From: a virus | Lineage: Duplodnaviria; Caudoviricetes | Direction: 5' to 3' (one strand) | DNA length: 41,450 nucleotides | IMG/VR virus record: IMGVR_UViG_3300044500_000007 | Location: 1 to 41,450 of that record | Shown: positions 1 through 7,970 of the stretch, piece by piece | How positions within the stretch are numbered: the stretch's first letter is position 1 | How the letters are laid out: each line of letters starts with the position of its first letter | Made by a program: the position numbers and the translations under genes | Notes under the pieces: generated by a model | Seen by the model: the letters and a program-made list of their open reading frames with translations, nothing else | What the model was told of the DNA's origin: nothing | The model's database searches: none

Positions 1-1
1 G

Positions 2-112
2 CTGGGATGCAAGCCCCGCTATTGTTATCCCACAATTCCAAAGGTGAGCATCCTTGATGACGGCTCCAAAAAGCAGACACGGCCCGTTTATGACTGGAAC
101 GTGAAGCCATGA
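2..112 (+). CDS. 3' part of small Cys-rich early protein (probably continues the ORF starting at 41334)
   Basis: Open frame LGCKPRYCYPT...WNVKP*; its TGA overlaps the next ATG (ATGA at 109-112). Confidence 0.5.
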   Translation: MGCKPRYCYPTIPKVSILDDGSKKQTRPVYDWNVKP

Positions 113-171
113 CCCGCACCGCCGAGTTGGACGTAAAGCTGTTACTGATGGCGCTGGAGAAGCAAACATGA
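109..171 (+). CDS. 20-aa micro-ORF MTRTAELDVKLLLMALEKQT
   Basis: ATGA overlaps at both ends (109-112 and 168-171). Confidence 0.45.
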   Translation: MTRTAELDVKLLLMALEKQT

Positions 172-440
172 CCACGACCCCTGACGACTTGATTCGCGAC
201 GAGCTGCTGACCGCGTCGCAACAGGCGATCGAAGCCATCGGTGCGATGTTGGCGGCGAAAGAGCGGGAGATTGAGCGGCTGAAGGATCAGAACCGTCGAT
301 CATTGAATACCCTGAAGCTGGTGCGTGCCAGCTTGCCGCACACGGACACCATGCGGAGATTGCGTGATGACTTGGGCAGGTTCATAGAAGTATCCGAGTC
401 CAATAATGCCGAAGCGCAGGAAGCGGAGGGGCGGAGGTGA
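168..440 (+). CDS. hypothetical coiled-coil early protein
   Basis: GGAG RBS upstream, ATGA coupling, helical heptad pattern. Confidence 0.7.
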   Translation: MTTTPDDLIRDELLTASQQAIEAIGAMLAAKEREIERLKDQNRRSLNTLKLVRASLPHTDTMRRLRDDLGRFIEVSESNNAEAQEAEGRR

Positions 441-547
441 ACTAACGGTGGACTGAAACGAAAAGAACCACGAGAGGCCAATAACGGCAGTAACCCCACC
501 TGATGACGTTCGGCCAGACAACGGGCCGACGATACAAGGAGAATTCA

Positions 548-1543
548 ATGGCGAGTAAGTTCTTTACCAAAGCAGCATCCAACCAGGCATTCCTCAAGGT
601 CGGCCTCTACGGCAAAGCCGGAACCGGCAAAACCCTCACGTCCCTTCTATTCGCTGAAGGACTCGGCGCACGTGACGGCAAGCGCGTGGCCTACATCGAC
701 ACGGAACGCGGCACCGAGTTCTACAGCCTCGATATCGCGGAGCGCACGGTACATCCCAAAGCGTTTGACTTCGACCGCCTGATTACGCGCTCCATTATGG
801 AAACCGTTGAAGCTGTCGAGTCGCTCGATCCGGCAGAATATGGCGTCATTGTCATCGACTCGATCACGCATCTGTGGGAGGCGGCGATTGCTGCCTATGG
901 TGGCAAGAAAATGTCCAACGGCGGAATTCCGATCCAGGCATGGGGCGCAATCAAGAAGCCGTACAAAAAGCTGATGTCCTTGCTACTGGACGGTAACTTC
1001 CATGCGCTGATTTGTGGACGTGAAGGCGTATCGATGGAAGAGGACGCCGATGGCGAAACGCACATTACCGGAACGAAGATGAAGGCCGAAGGCGAGACGC
1101 CCCACGAGCCGCATATTCTGGGCAGGATGCGTCCGGAGCGCGATCCCGAAGGCGGATACATCATCAAGGTATTCTTTGAGAAGGACCGCTCTGGCATCCT
1201 CTCAGGCCGTACCATCGAATGGCCGAACTACGGAACCATTGCGCCAGTCGTGAACTACCTAAACGGTACGCAGCAAGGCAAGCTCGGCAGCGAGGAAGAG
1301 ATTGCCGAACGTGACGCCGCCGCTCAGGAAACGCAGGCACAGAAAGCCGCAGGAGAGCGCGATTCGCTATTCACTCAGATTCAGACCGCGATCATGAATG
1401 CCGGATCTGTTCAATCGCTGCGCACGGCGTGGGATCTGACGAAGGGTAAGAAGACGAGGCTGGGCGATGAATTGATGACGAAACTGGAAACCGCAAAAGA
1501 AGCCAAGAAAGCCGACCTGATGCGCGTTGCAGAGGTTGCATAA
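548..1543 (+). CDS. Sak4-like AAA ATPase / single-strand annealing protein (AAA_24 type)
   Basis: Walker A GKAGTGKT, YIDTERG, Walker B VIVIDSITH; AAGGAG RBS before ATG 548; followed by an SSB-like gene. Confidence 0.8.
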   Translation: MASKFFTKAASNQAFLKVGLYGKAGTGKTLTSLLFAEGLGARDGKRVAYIDTERGTEFYSLDIAERTVHPKAFDFDRLITRSIMETVEAVESLDPAEYGVIVIDSITHLWEAAIAAYGGKKMSNGGIPIQAWGAIKKPYKKLMSLLLDGNFHALICGREGVSMEEDADGETHITGTKMKAEGETPHEPHILGRMRPERDPEGGYIIKVFFEKDRSGILSGRTIEWPNYGTIAPVVNYLNGTQQGKLGSEEEIAERDAAAQETQAQKAAGERDSLFTQIQTAIMNAGSVQSLRTAWDLTKGKKTRLGDELMTKLETAKEAKKADLMRVAEVA

Positions 1544-1544
1544 C

Positions 1545-1976
1545 ATGAGTATCAAAGCAGGCGTTAAATACCACGGCGAAGTAACGGGCGGCAACATGAT
1601 GGAGACGCAGAAAGGAACGCTCGGCTATCAAGTGTTCCTGAATTGCCACGACGGTGAAACGTCCTACACCATCTGGCTCACAGCGAAGAATCGGGACCGC
1701 GCCCGAGAAACGTTTGTCCAGGCTCTCGGCGTTGACGGGAATAAGCTGTCCGATGCTGCCTATATCGAGAACGGACTGGCTGGAGATATCACCGGCCATC
1801 CAGTGACATTCACGACCGAAGAGGAAGAGTACAACGGCAAGTTCCGAACGAAGGTTGCTTTCCTGATGAAGCGAAGTGCAACTGCGGATGTGCCGGCATC
1901 ACGGGCCGCAGCCGATTTCTTTAGCGGCAAAGTCACGTCGTCAACACCGATCACGGACGAAGACGTTCCGTTCTAG
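1545..1976 (+). CDS. phage single-stranded DNA-binding protein (DUF669-like)
   Basis: Acidic C-terminal tail ending DEDVPF, EEEYNGK motif, adjacent to the Sak4-like gene. Confidence 0.75.
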   Translation: MSIKAGVKYHGEVTGGNMMETQKGTLGYQVFLNCHDGETSYTIWLTAKNRDRARETFVQALGVDGNKLSDAAYIENGLAGDITGHPVTFTTEEEEYNGKFRTKVAFLMKRSATADVPASRAAADFFSGKVTSSTPITDEDVPF

Positions 1977-1992
1977 TACCGGAGAAACGAAC

Positions 1993-2457
1993 ATGCACCT
2001 CCCCTACCTCCACCCCTTCATCGGCATGGCGCTGCTCATCGCGGTACTGGTGCTGTGGCTGGTGTGGGGAGACGGTAGCAAACAACTTAGGAGAATTATG
2101 ACGAACGAGCAGTTGGTTGAATGGAAGAAACGACAGGAGCAGGCCCGAAGTTTGCTACCGCGCTTACAGTCTGGTGATGAGCTTCACCGAGAAGCGGCCA
2201 GCGAAATTCTCAGACTTCGGCAACAGTACCGTGAGGATATGCGGGAAGCTGAGCGTGATTCACGGGACGCCCTGAGAGCGGACAATGGGAGATTGCGGGA
2301 GGCTGTGCTTGAGAACTGGCAGCAGGACAGTGGCGGCCATCCACCGATTGATTCCTGGTGCGCGTTCTGTATGGAATTCAGAACTGACTTTAGGGACTTC
2401 CCGCACACACCCGACTGCATTGTCATCCGCCTGAAGGAGTCGGCGTCTCACACGTAA
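1993..2457 (+). CDS. hypothetical protein: N-terminal TM segment, coiled coil, CxxC...HxxxC Zn-like motif; alternative start at 2098
   Basis: GGAG RBS before ATG 1993 and AGGAG before in-frame ATG 2098. Confidence 0.6.
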   Translation: MHLPYLHPFIGMALLIAVLVLWLVWGDGSKQLRRIMTNEQLVEWKKRQEQARSLLPRLQSGDELHREAASEILRLRQQYREDMREAERDSRDALRADNGRLREAVLENWQQDSGGHPPIDSWCAFCMEFRTDFRDFPHTPDCIVIRLKESASHT

Positions 2458-2545
2458 GGCCGGAGTGAGTTCAGTAGCCACACCAGGCCGAAGATCAGCG
2501 CAGTTCTGGACAATAACGGAAGTTAACGACGCAGACTCAGCGGTG

Positions 2546-2743
2546 TCAGTGCAGGCGTGGCGTTCGCACCAAGTTCAAATAGTCGAAGACGCCGAAAACC
2601 TGCAGAAGCCAGATCACTGTGCAGATGATCACGACGGCCTTCAGTATCCTTTTGATTGAAGGATCGCCGGGAATGTAGGTATCAACCAGCCACAAAAGGA
2701 CCATCACCACAATGAGTGTCAGAACAATCGGAAGTAAAGGCAT
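2546..2743 (-). CDS. small two-TM membrane protein (Thivi_2564-like), end of lysis cassette
   Basis: Two hydrophobic helices with YIP..P.IKRIL linker; GAGG RBS. Confidence 0.75.
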   Translation of the reverse strand: MPLLPIVLTLIVVMVLLWLVDTYIPGDPSIKRILKAVVIICTVIWLLQVFGVFDYLNLVRTPRLH

Positions 2744-2784
2744 TGGAACCTCCTATGTAATTGCCATATGTGAGTGTAGAAATG

Positions 2785-3336
2785 TCACTTATCCGACTTC
2801 ACTTGATCAGCGAGGATGTCCGTCTTTTTCGCAGATGACGAACTGGAGCCAAAGAAGTAGTTATCCTGACCAGTGTAGGAATTCGCAATCGTCGTAATTA
2901 GAATCAACATGATGTCATGGACACTCGGCGGAATATCCCGGAACAGGAAGATGGTGACCAGCGAAATTAGAGCAGCGCGTGTGAAGTAAGCGAGATTGCG
3001 CGGGGTTTTGTCCTTCACCGCAATTTCTCTCGCTCGGGCGTCCGCACGATCGGCACTGTCCAGCGCTAACATCTTTTCCGCAGAATCAAAACCGAGCTGA
3101 GCCATTTGAAGCCGGAAGGAATCTTCCGCCTGCTGGAGCTTCAACAGTGCATCCGGATCGGTCGCCTGTGCGGTCGTAATGGCCGCAGTGACGCCTTCGC
3201 TCGTGGGTTCAACCTTATCAATGCCCAGCGCTTTGCCAACCGCGCTAGAGGCCATCACGCCTAGAGGGCCGCCCATGGAAGCGGCGACTGAGATAAAGGG
3301 AAAGGCAGTTTTTAGTACATCCTTAAATGAACCCAT
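2785..3336 (-). CDS. putative holin (3TM-holin / GTA-holin-like)
   Basis: GGPLG N-terminus, DRADARAREI motif, C-terminal TMs and YFFGSS motif; follows the lysin candidate. Confidence 0.75.
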   Translation of the reverse strand: MGSFKDVLKTAFPFISVAASMGGPLGVMASSAVGKALGIDKVEPTSEGVTAAITTAQATDPDALLKLQQAEDSFRLQMAQLGFDSAEKMLALDSADRADARAREIAVKDKTPRNLAYFTRAALISLVTIFLFRDIPPSVHDIMLILITTIANSYTGQDNYFFGSSSSSAKKTDILADQVKSDK

Positions 3337-3339
3337 GCA

Positions 3340-3759
3340 TCACTCCTCCGTAATCGTCAATTTCACTTCACCATCGAGCAATCCCGCTTTGAGCCGTTCC
3401 ATGAATGCATCGAACGCGATAACCGACTGGCCGATCTGATCATCGCCAGCTTTGACCATCCCAAGCAAAACGCATCCTTCGGTGTCGGCACTGGTATTCC
3501 CGCTGTGAATCCGCACACCTTCAAAGAACGGCACATTGAGGATGTGCGGCATCAGGCAGTTGAAGCGTGCCGATTTGTCGATGATGACTAAATACTCGCC
3601 CGCTGGAATCGCCGTACGGCTTGGGACCTTGCCCTCGCCGTAGTGTCCAAGCCGGCGCACGATATCCTCCAGCGTGAAGCAGTGCCATTGTCCGTCAATA
3701 TAGAGGCTTCCGATTGTCGAATTCGGCGAGGACTTCTGGCGAGTGATCGACAATCTCAC
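3340..3759 (-). CDS. DUF5675-family protein, candidate endolysin
   Basis: TIGSLYIDG..CFTLED, TAIPAGEY, RIHSGNTSADTEGCVLLG motifs; position in lysis cassette. Confidence 0.8.
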   Translation of the reverse strand: MRLSITRQKSSPNSTIGSLYIDGQWHCFTLEDIVRRLGHYGEGKVPSRTAIPAGEYLVIIDKSARFNCLMPHILNVPFFEGVRIHSGNTSADTEGCVLLGMVKAGDDQIGQSVIAFDAFMERLKAGLLDGEVKLTITEE

Positions 3760-4058
3760 GACCGCGCCCTCAGCATGCTTTCGAGCTTGTCAAACCGCTC
3801 GCCCATCTCCTCGAAGCGGGTATTGAGCCAATCGCGTTCACGTCGATTCCAGTGCATGTCGGTATCGGCAAAATGCCGTTGATTGATGGCATCCTGTTCG
3901 CGGGCCTGCTTGTAGTGGAAATCATGATGTTCTTCATGACGCTCCAAAATCGCGGAATGGTTCTTCTGCGTCGACTCGATCTTGCCGGACCAGCGGGAAA
4001 TCAGAGCGATGTTGACGATGAACGAAAGGATGAGGGCGCCAACGGCTATCCATAGCAT
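3756..4058 (-). CDS. membrane-anchored coiled-coil protein, lysis-associated
   Basis: N-terminal TM, helical C-terminus, ATGA-coupled to the DUF5675 gene. Confidence 0.65.
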   Translation of the reverse strand: MLWIAVGALILSFIVNIALISRWSGKIESTQKNHSAILERHEEHHDFHYKQAREQDAINQRHFADTDMHWNRRERDWLNTRFEEMGERFDKLESMLRARS

Positions 4059-4119
4059 TCAAGAATTCCTGCTTTCATTTAATTTTCGGAAGTGGTCGGA
4101 AATGGTATAGGCTCTCGGC

Positions 4120-4299
4120 GTGTTAAGTCGATTTCTCTGGGTGCTCGCCCTGAGCTGGATCATTTTCTGCCTGGCCCTTGATGTGCCGAATCCGAAAGAT
4201 TCCTTCTATGTGGCCGTCGTGCCAGTCCTCATTGGGCTGGCGCTAAAATGGATGGGCCGCTTTGTACTGACGGGGAGTTTTCGGAAGCGGCATTCTTGA
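4120..4299 (+). CDS. 59-aa two-TM membrane protein, candidate superinfection exclusion (not in ORF track)
   Basis: GTG 4120 to TGA 4299: MLSRFLWVLALSWIIFCLALDVPNPKDSFYVAVVPVLIGLALKWMGRFVLTGSFRKRHS; -10-like TAGGCT at 4108-4113. Confidence 0.55.
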   Translation: MLSRFLWVLALSWIIFCLALDVPNPKDSFYVAVVPVLIGLALKWMGRFVLTGSFRKRHS

Positions 4300-6085
4300 C
4301 AATATTCAGCGCCTTCAAAATACCGAAAGCCGTTGCGGCTGTCTGCGGAACCTTCACGGAAAGCTTCAACCCCTCCACGAGCGTCCGTACCACTGCCGGG
4401 GAATGAAGCATTTTCGATAATCCTGCCGCCCCAAGCTGAGTCAGTGCACCCACCAGCGGATTAGCAGCCGCCGCATAGCCCTGAGCACCGAGCGCCGCAA
4501 TATAGCCGCTGCCGCTTGGATTTGGATTTTCCGCGAGTCGCTTCGAGAGCGTGAAGAAATTATCGAGGTCACTGATATAGGCCGGGTCTTTAAAGAGCAG
4601 CGTTTTCGTTTCCGGTCCCAGGGCTTGCCATTTCGCCGCACCGCGTCCTGGAGTAAACCCGCCGTCCTTGGTTGCTGTGTTCAGAATGTCATTGAGGAAG
4701 GCGCTGCCCACCTTCGGCATTTCCTTCGGTGCGTGCTGGGCCACGGCCCGCAGTTGTTCGATCCCCGCATCCTTCGAATAAACCATCTGGTTGAAGGCTT
4801 GCACGGGCTCCTCTCGAACCTTATCCAGAACGCCAGCGACCTGATATTTGAGTGTGGTTGCCTGACGACCCGCACGAAGCGCGTCGATTGCGGGTTTCCC
4901 GCCTTGCTTGATCGCATCATCGACAGCGGTACTGAGTTCGTTGACGGCTTTCGCGGCAAGGCCCTGGCTGACGTTTCGAAGATTCTGGGCATCGGCTCCA
5001 CGCACAATCCCCTTGACGGCCCCGAGGTCGGCATCCACAAGCGAGGCCGGGGCGATATCTGGCCCGTTGACGATGTTTTCGATAGCCTTCAGCCCCGTCG
5101 AGGCATTCTGCTGAGTGAGCGGCATTTGGCGCTTCATCTGGTCATAAATGGGCTGTAGTGCCGCTTTCGCCGCCGTCAGATCCACCGTCATTGGCGTTTT
5201 CGCTTCGATCTGACGAAGTGCGCCATAGGCTTGATTCGCATTCGCGCCGGCAGCCGTGATTTTCGCATCCAAGGCTGTCTGGATCGAAGTGCCAGCCTGT
5301 TCTGGCGTAATTGCGGGGCCGCCCGCATAGACAGGCTTGCCCGCCGCATTCACGCCGGTTGGTCCCGCCGCCATATCCTCAAACTTTGATGCGAGTTGTT
5401 CGGCGGCATTTGCGGCGCGGCCAGTATTGGCCAGACTCCCGCCAATGGATCGGTCGGCAAGCCATTGACCGCCGCGCACTGCGGGGTTGCCGGTTGCCGT
5501 TGCTGCATCGACCGGCAGATTGTTATCGAGTCCGAATCGAACAGCCTCGGCATCGACAGGATTCTTCGTGAGCAGTGAAGGTGCAACCTGTCGGCCTGCC
5601 AGCTTCTCCCCGATATAATGAACGGCGGAAGGTGCCAATAGCGCCGCGCCTTGCCCCATTCCCGACGCCACCTGCCCAGATCCAATGGTCTCGCCCGCCT
5701 GTGCTGCCGCAGGGCCGACAAGAGGAATCATTGCGGCCAAGGTGTGTCCTACCGCTTCAGAGTAATTCCCCTTGCTATAAGAATCCTTCGCCTTCTCATA
5801 CTGCGCTTTCTGCGCATCTGGTATTCCATGCAAGGTATCGAGCGGGTGTTCATAAAGGGATTTCAGCATCGGCAGAGGATTTAGGCCGCTGATAAAGCTT
5901 TTTGTGAAATCGCCTGCCGCACTCATCCAATCGTCGGCAGTTCTGGGAACCAGCGGCTTGACCGTGGATGCCTCGGCGACGGACTGGCGAACGGTATCCT
6001 TTGTCGCCTGATCGACTGTCGGTTTGTTGGAAGCAAACCAATCTTCCGATTTTGGCGCGTTCTCTGTGAACCAATCTTGCGGCAT
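4229..6085 (-). CDS. DNA ejection / internal virion protein (P22 gp16 position)
   Basis: 618 aa, Ala/Gly-rich, DWF repeats at N-terminus, NPNPSGSG motif, third gene of the ejection cluster. Confidence 0.65.
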   Translation of the reverse strand: MPQDWFTENAPKSEDWFASNKPTVDQATKDTVRQSVAEASTVKPLVPRTADDWMSAAGDFTKSFISGLNPLPMLKSLYEHPLDTLHGIPDAQKAQYEKAKDSYSKGNYSEAVGHTLAAMIPLVGPAAAQAGETIGSGQVASGMGQGAALLAPSAVHYIGEKLAGRQVAPSLLTKNPVDAEAVRFGLDNNLPVDAATATGNPAVRGGQWLADRSIGGSLANTGRAANAAEQLASKFEDMAAGPTGVNAAGKPVYAGGPAITPEQAGTSIQTALDAKITAAGANANQAYGALRQIEAKTPMTVDLTAAKAALQPIYDQMKRQMPLTQQNASTGLKAIENIVNGPDIAPASLVDADLGAVKGIVRGADAQNLRNVSQGLAAKAVNELSTAVDDAIKQGGKPAIDALRAGRQATTLKYQVAGVLDKVREEPVQAFNQMVYSKDAGIEQLRAVAQHAPKEMPKVGSAFLNDILNTATKDGGFTPGRGAAKWQALGPETKTLLFKDPAYISDLDNFFTLSKRLAENPNPSGSGYIAALGAQGYAAAANPLVGALTQLGAAGLSKMLHSPAVVRTLVEGLKLSVKVPQTAATAFGILKALNIVKNAASENSPSVQSGPSILAPAQ

Positions 6086-6558
6086 TATTTAACCACCGTG
6101 GCTATATTGACCCGTAGATAAGTTGCGGCCTTTTCAACTAAATCCGCGCTATCCTTAAACCGACCAAGGCCACAATTACACGCATTGCATAAGATTCCGC
6201 GTAGCATTCCAGAATTATGGCAATGATCAATATGCCATTGGTTGTGCTTCCCTCCTGGGGATTCCGTCTGGCAGATTGCGCATTTACCGCCCTGAGTTTT
6301 CAGCAACGAATCGAAGGTTTCAGCAGTAATGCCGTATTTATTAAATACATCCTTCCTGCGTCTCAATTTCATCCGATCTGGATTTGCCTTTTGCCATTTG
6401 CGCACTGACTCCGCATGTCTCTCTTTGTTTCTTCGCCTCCATTCCATTATTTTCCCATGATTTGAGGCTTTTTGTTCTGGAGTTAGGGTGCCTCGATATT
6501 GACGCATATATGCATTCCATTTATTTTTCTGCTCTCTTGAATCTGTTGAATGTGGCAT
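6085..6558 (-). CDS. free-standing Endonuclease VII-family (His-Me) homing endonuclease
   Basis: KYGIT...QGGKCAIC...HIDHCH..G.LRGILCNACNCGLG.FKD; visibly AT-rich relative to flanks. Confidence 0.88.
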   Translation of the reverse strand: MPHSTDSREQKNKWNAYMRQYRGTLTPEQKASNHGKIMEWRRRNKERHAESVRKWQKANPDRMKLRRRKDVFNKYGITAETFDSLLKTQGGKCAICQTESPGGKHNQWHIDHCHNSGMLRGILCNACNCGLGRFKDSADLVEKAATYLRVNIATVVK

Positions 6559-6582
6559 AAATTGCTATTTTACCACCGTGGC
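6086..6582. repeat. 17-bp direct repeat (16/17 identical) flanking the EndoVII gene
   Basis: tatttaaccaccgtggc at 6086-6102 and tattttaccaccgtggc at 6566-6582. Confidence 0.85.
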
Positions 6583-7959
6583 GCCGAGACTCTTATAGTG
6601 CTCGACTTGAGAGGCGGGGACATTGGACACCTGGCCGTTGGGTGCTTTCATTTTGACTGTCGCGGAAGGTACGGCAGCGGGAGACTTCCCAGATGATCCG
6701 CCCGCTTTCGCATAGTCATAATTGGGGATAATGGTTTCAATTGGTACGTTGTATCGATCGGCATTTCGCTTGATGCGTTCCTTTTCGGCGGATAGCAGGC
6801 TGTCGCCCTCTGCAGCCAGTCGATCGTTGATGGTCTGGGCCATTTTCGCAAACTTCTCAAGCTCTGGCAGCGTCATTCCCGCGCCACCATTAAGCAGTTT
6901 ATCGACGGAACCTCGAACCTGATTCAAGAGCGATTGCCCCTCGCCCGAACGTGCATATTCCGACTCCCTGACGACAGATTGAGGATCAAGGAATTTCTGG
7001 AAAGTCACGAGCACGGCCTGAGCCCCCGCATTCAAATCTCCCTTACGTGCGGCAGCCATTCCCGCCTGCATGATCGTATTGGCGCGGTAGAGTTGACTGA
7101 CATCCTTGGAAGCCATTTCCCATTGTTTCGAAAGATTCTGAATCAATCCCGCCTCAGCAGTCGGCGTGATTTCCCCTTTCTGGCGCGGATTCGGAGGCGC
7201 GATATAGGGAGTGATCCGGCCTGTTACCGGCTGCTTGGTGTTCGCATCGAAATAATTACCCTTGGCATCCCGCAAGACTTCCGCGCCGACTCCATTGACC
7301 ATCACTCGATCCGGGGTGAGATTATTCGTAGCGGCTGGAGGATTCGCCGGGTTCGTGAATACCGCCTGCCCCGTATCCTGATTGACCAGCGCGGCACCCG
7401 GCGCTACATCGCTGAATTTTGGAGCCTGTCCGGCCTTTGCCTCTTCTCTCTGAAACTGCAGTTCGTAATCTGCACGTGGCTGCAGATCCTTCGAAGCCAG
7501 CCAGCGGAAATAGCGATCGCGATAAGCCGCTTTCGTTTCGGCGGCAGTCTGCGCTTTCGCCGTATCTGCTGCTTTGGCTTGCTCCAGTCCGTAATTGCGT
7601 TCATCAATTTGGCCCTGAAAGTTCTGCTGCTGGAGTTTTTCTGTTTTCTGAGATTCAAGTTTCTGCTGAATTTCCAGACTCAACTTCTGAGCATTCGGAG
7701 TTCCGAGCGAGTACAGTTCTTCGGCGGCTCCAGCAAGATCTTGCGGCCCATGCTTCACCATGATCTGGGAAAGCTGACGGCCTTCTTGTTCGCTCAATGC
7801 CGCCGCATTCTGCTGCCGTTGCAGATCCGCGAGCTTCATGGAATTCATCTGCTGATTCTGCTGTTGCAGGCGCAGATCGTTCACGCCGCCGATAACTTCC
7901 AGCGTGTTTATTGGTTTGGCGGGTTTGAACTGAAGCGGCAAATTTGTGTCGAGTTGCAT
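6565..7959 (-). CDS. DNA ejection / transfer protein (gp20 position)
   Basis: Gln-rich N-terminus, KFLDPQSVVRESE motif, C-terminal VKMKAPNG...YKSLGA module. Confidence 0.65.
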   Translation of the reverse strand: MQLDTNLPLQFKPAKPINTLEVIGGVNDLRLQQQNQQMNSMKLADLQRQQNAAALSEQEGRQLSQIMVKHGPQDLAGAAEELYSLGTPNAQKLSLEIQQKLESQKTEKLQQQNFQGQIDERNYGLEQAKAADTAKAQTAAETKAAYRDRYFRWLASKDLQPRADYELQFQREEAKAGQAPKFSDVAPGAALVNQDTGQAVFTNPANPPAATNNLTPDRVMVNGVGAEVLRDAKGNYFDANTKQPVTGRITPYIAPPNPRQKGEITPTAEAGLIQNLSKQWEMASKDVSQLYRANTIMQAGMAAARKGDLNAGAQAVLVTFQKFLDPQSVVRESEYARSGEGQSLLNQVRGSVDKLLNGGAGMTLPELEKFAKMAQTINDRLAAEGDSLLSAEKERIKRNADRYNVPIETIIPNYDYAKAGGSSGKSPAAVPSATVKMKAPNGQVSNVPASQVEHYKSLGATVVK

Positions 7960-7970
7960 GTTAGGCTACC

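Noticed and set aside
496-540. Hammerhead-like CTGATGA-stem-GATAC upstream of the Sak4-like gene
   Set aside because: The core has GATA instead of GAAA, and I find no stem I/III partner with a GUH cleavage triplet; only a plain hairpin is supported.
6085-6558. Group I intron carrying the EndoVII gene
   Set aside because: Flanking genes are complete with their own start and stop codons, and there is no room for a ribozyme core.
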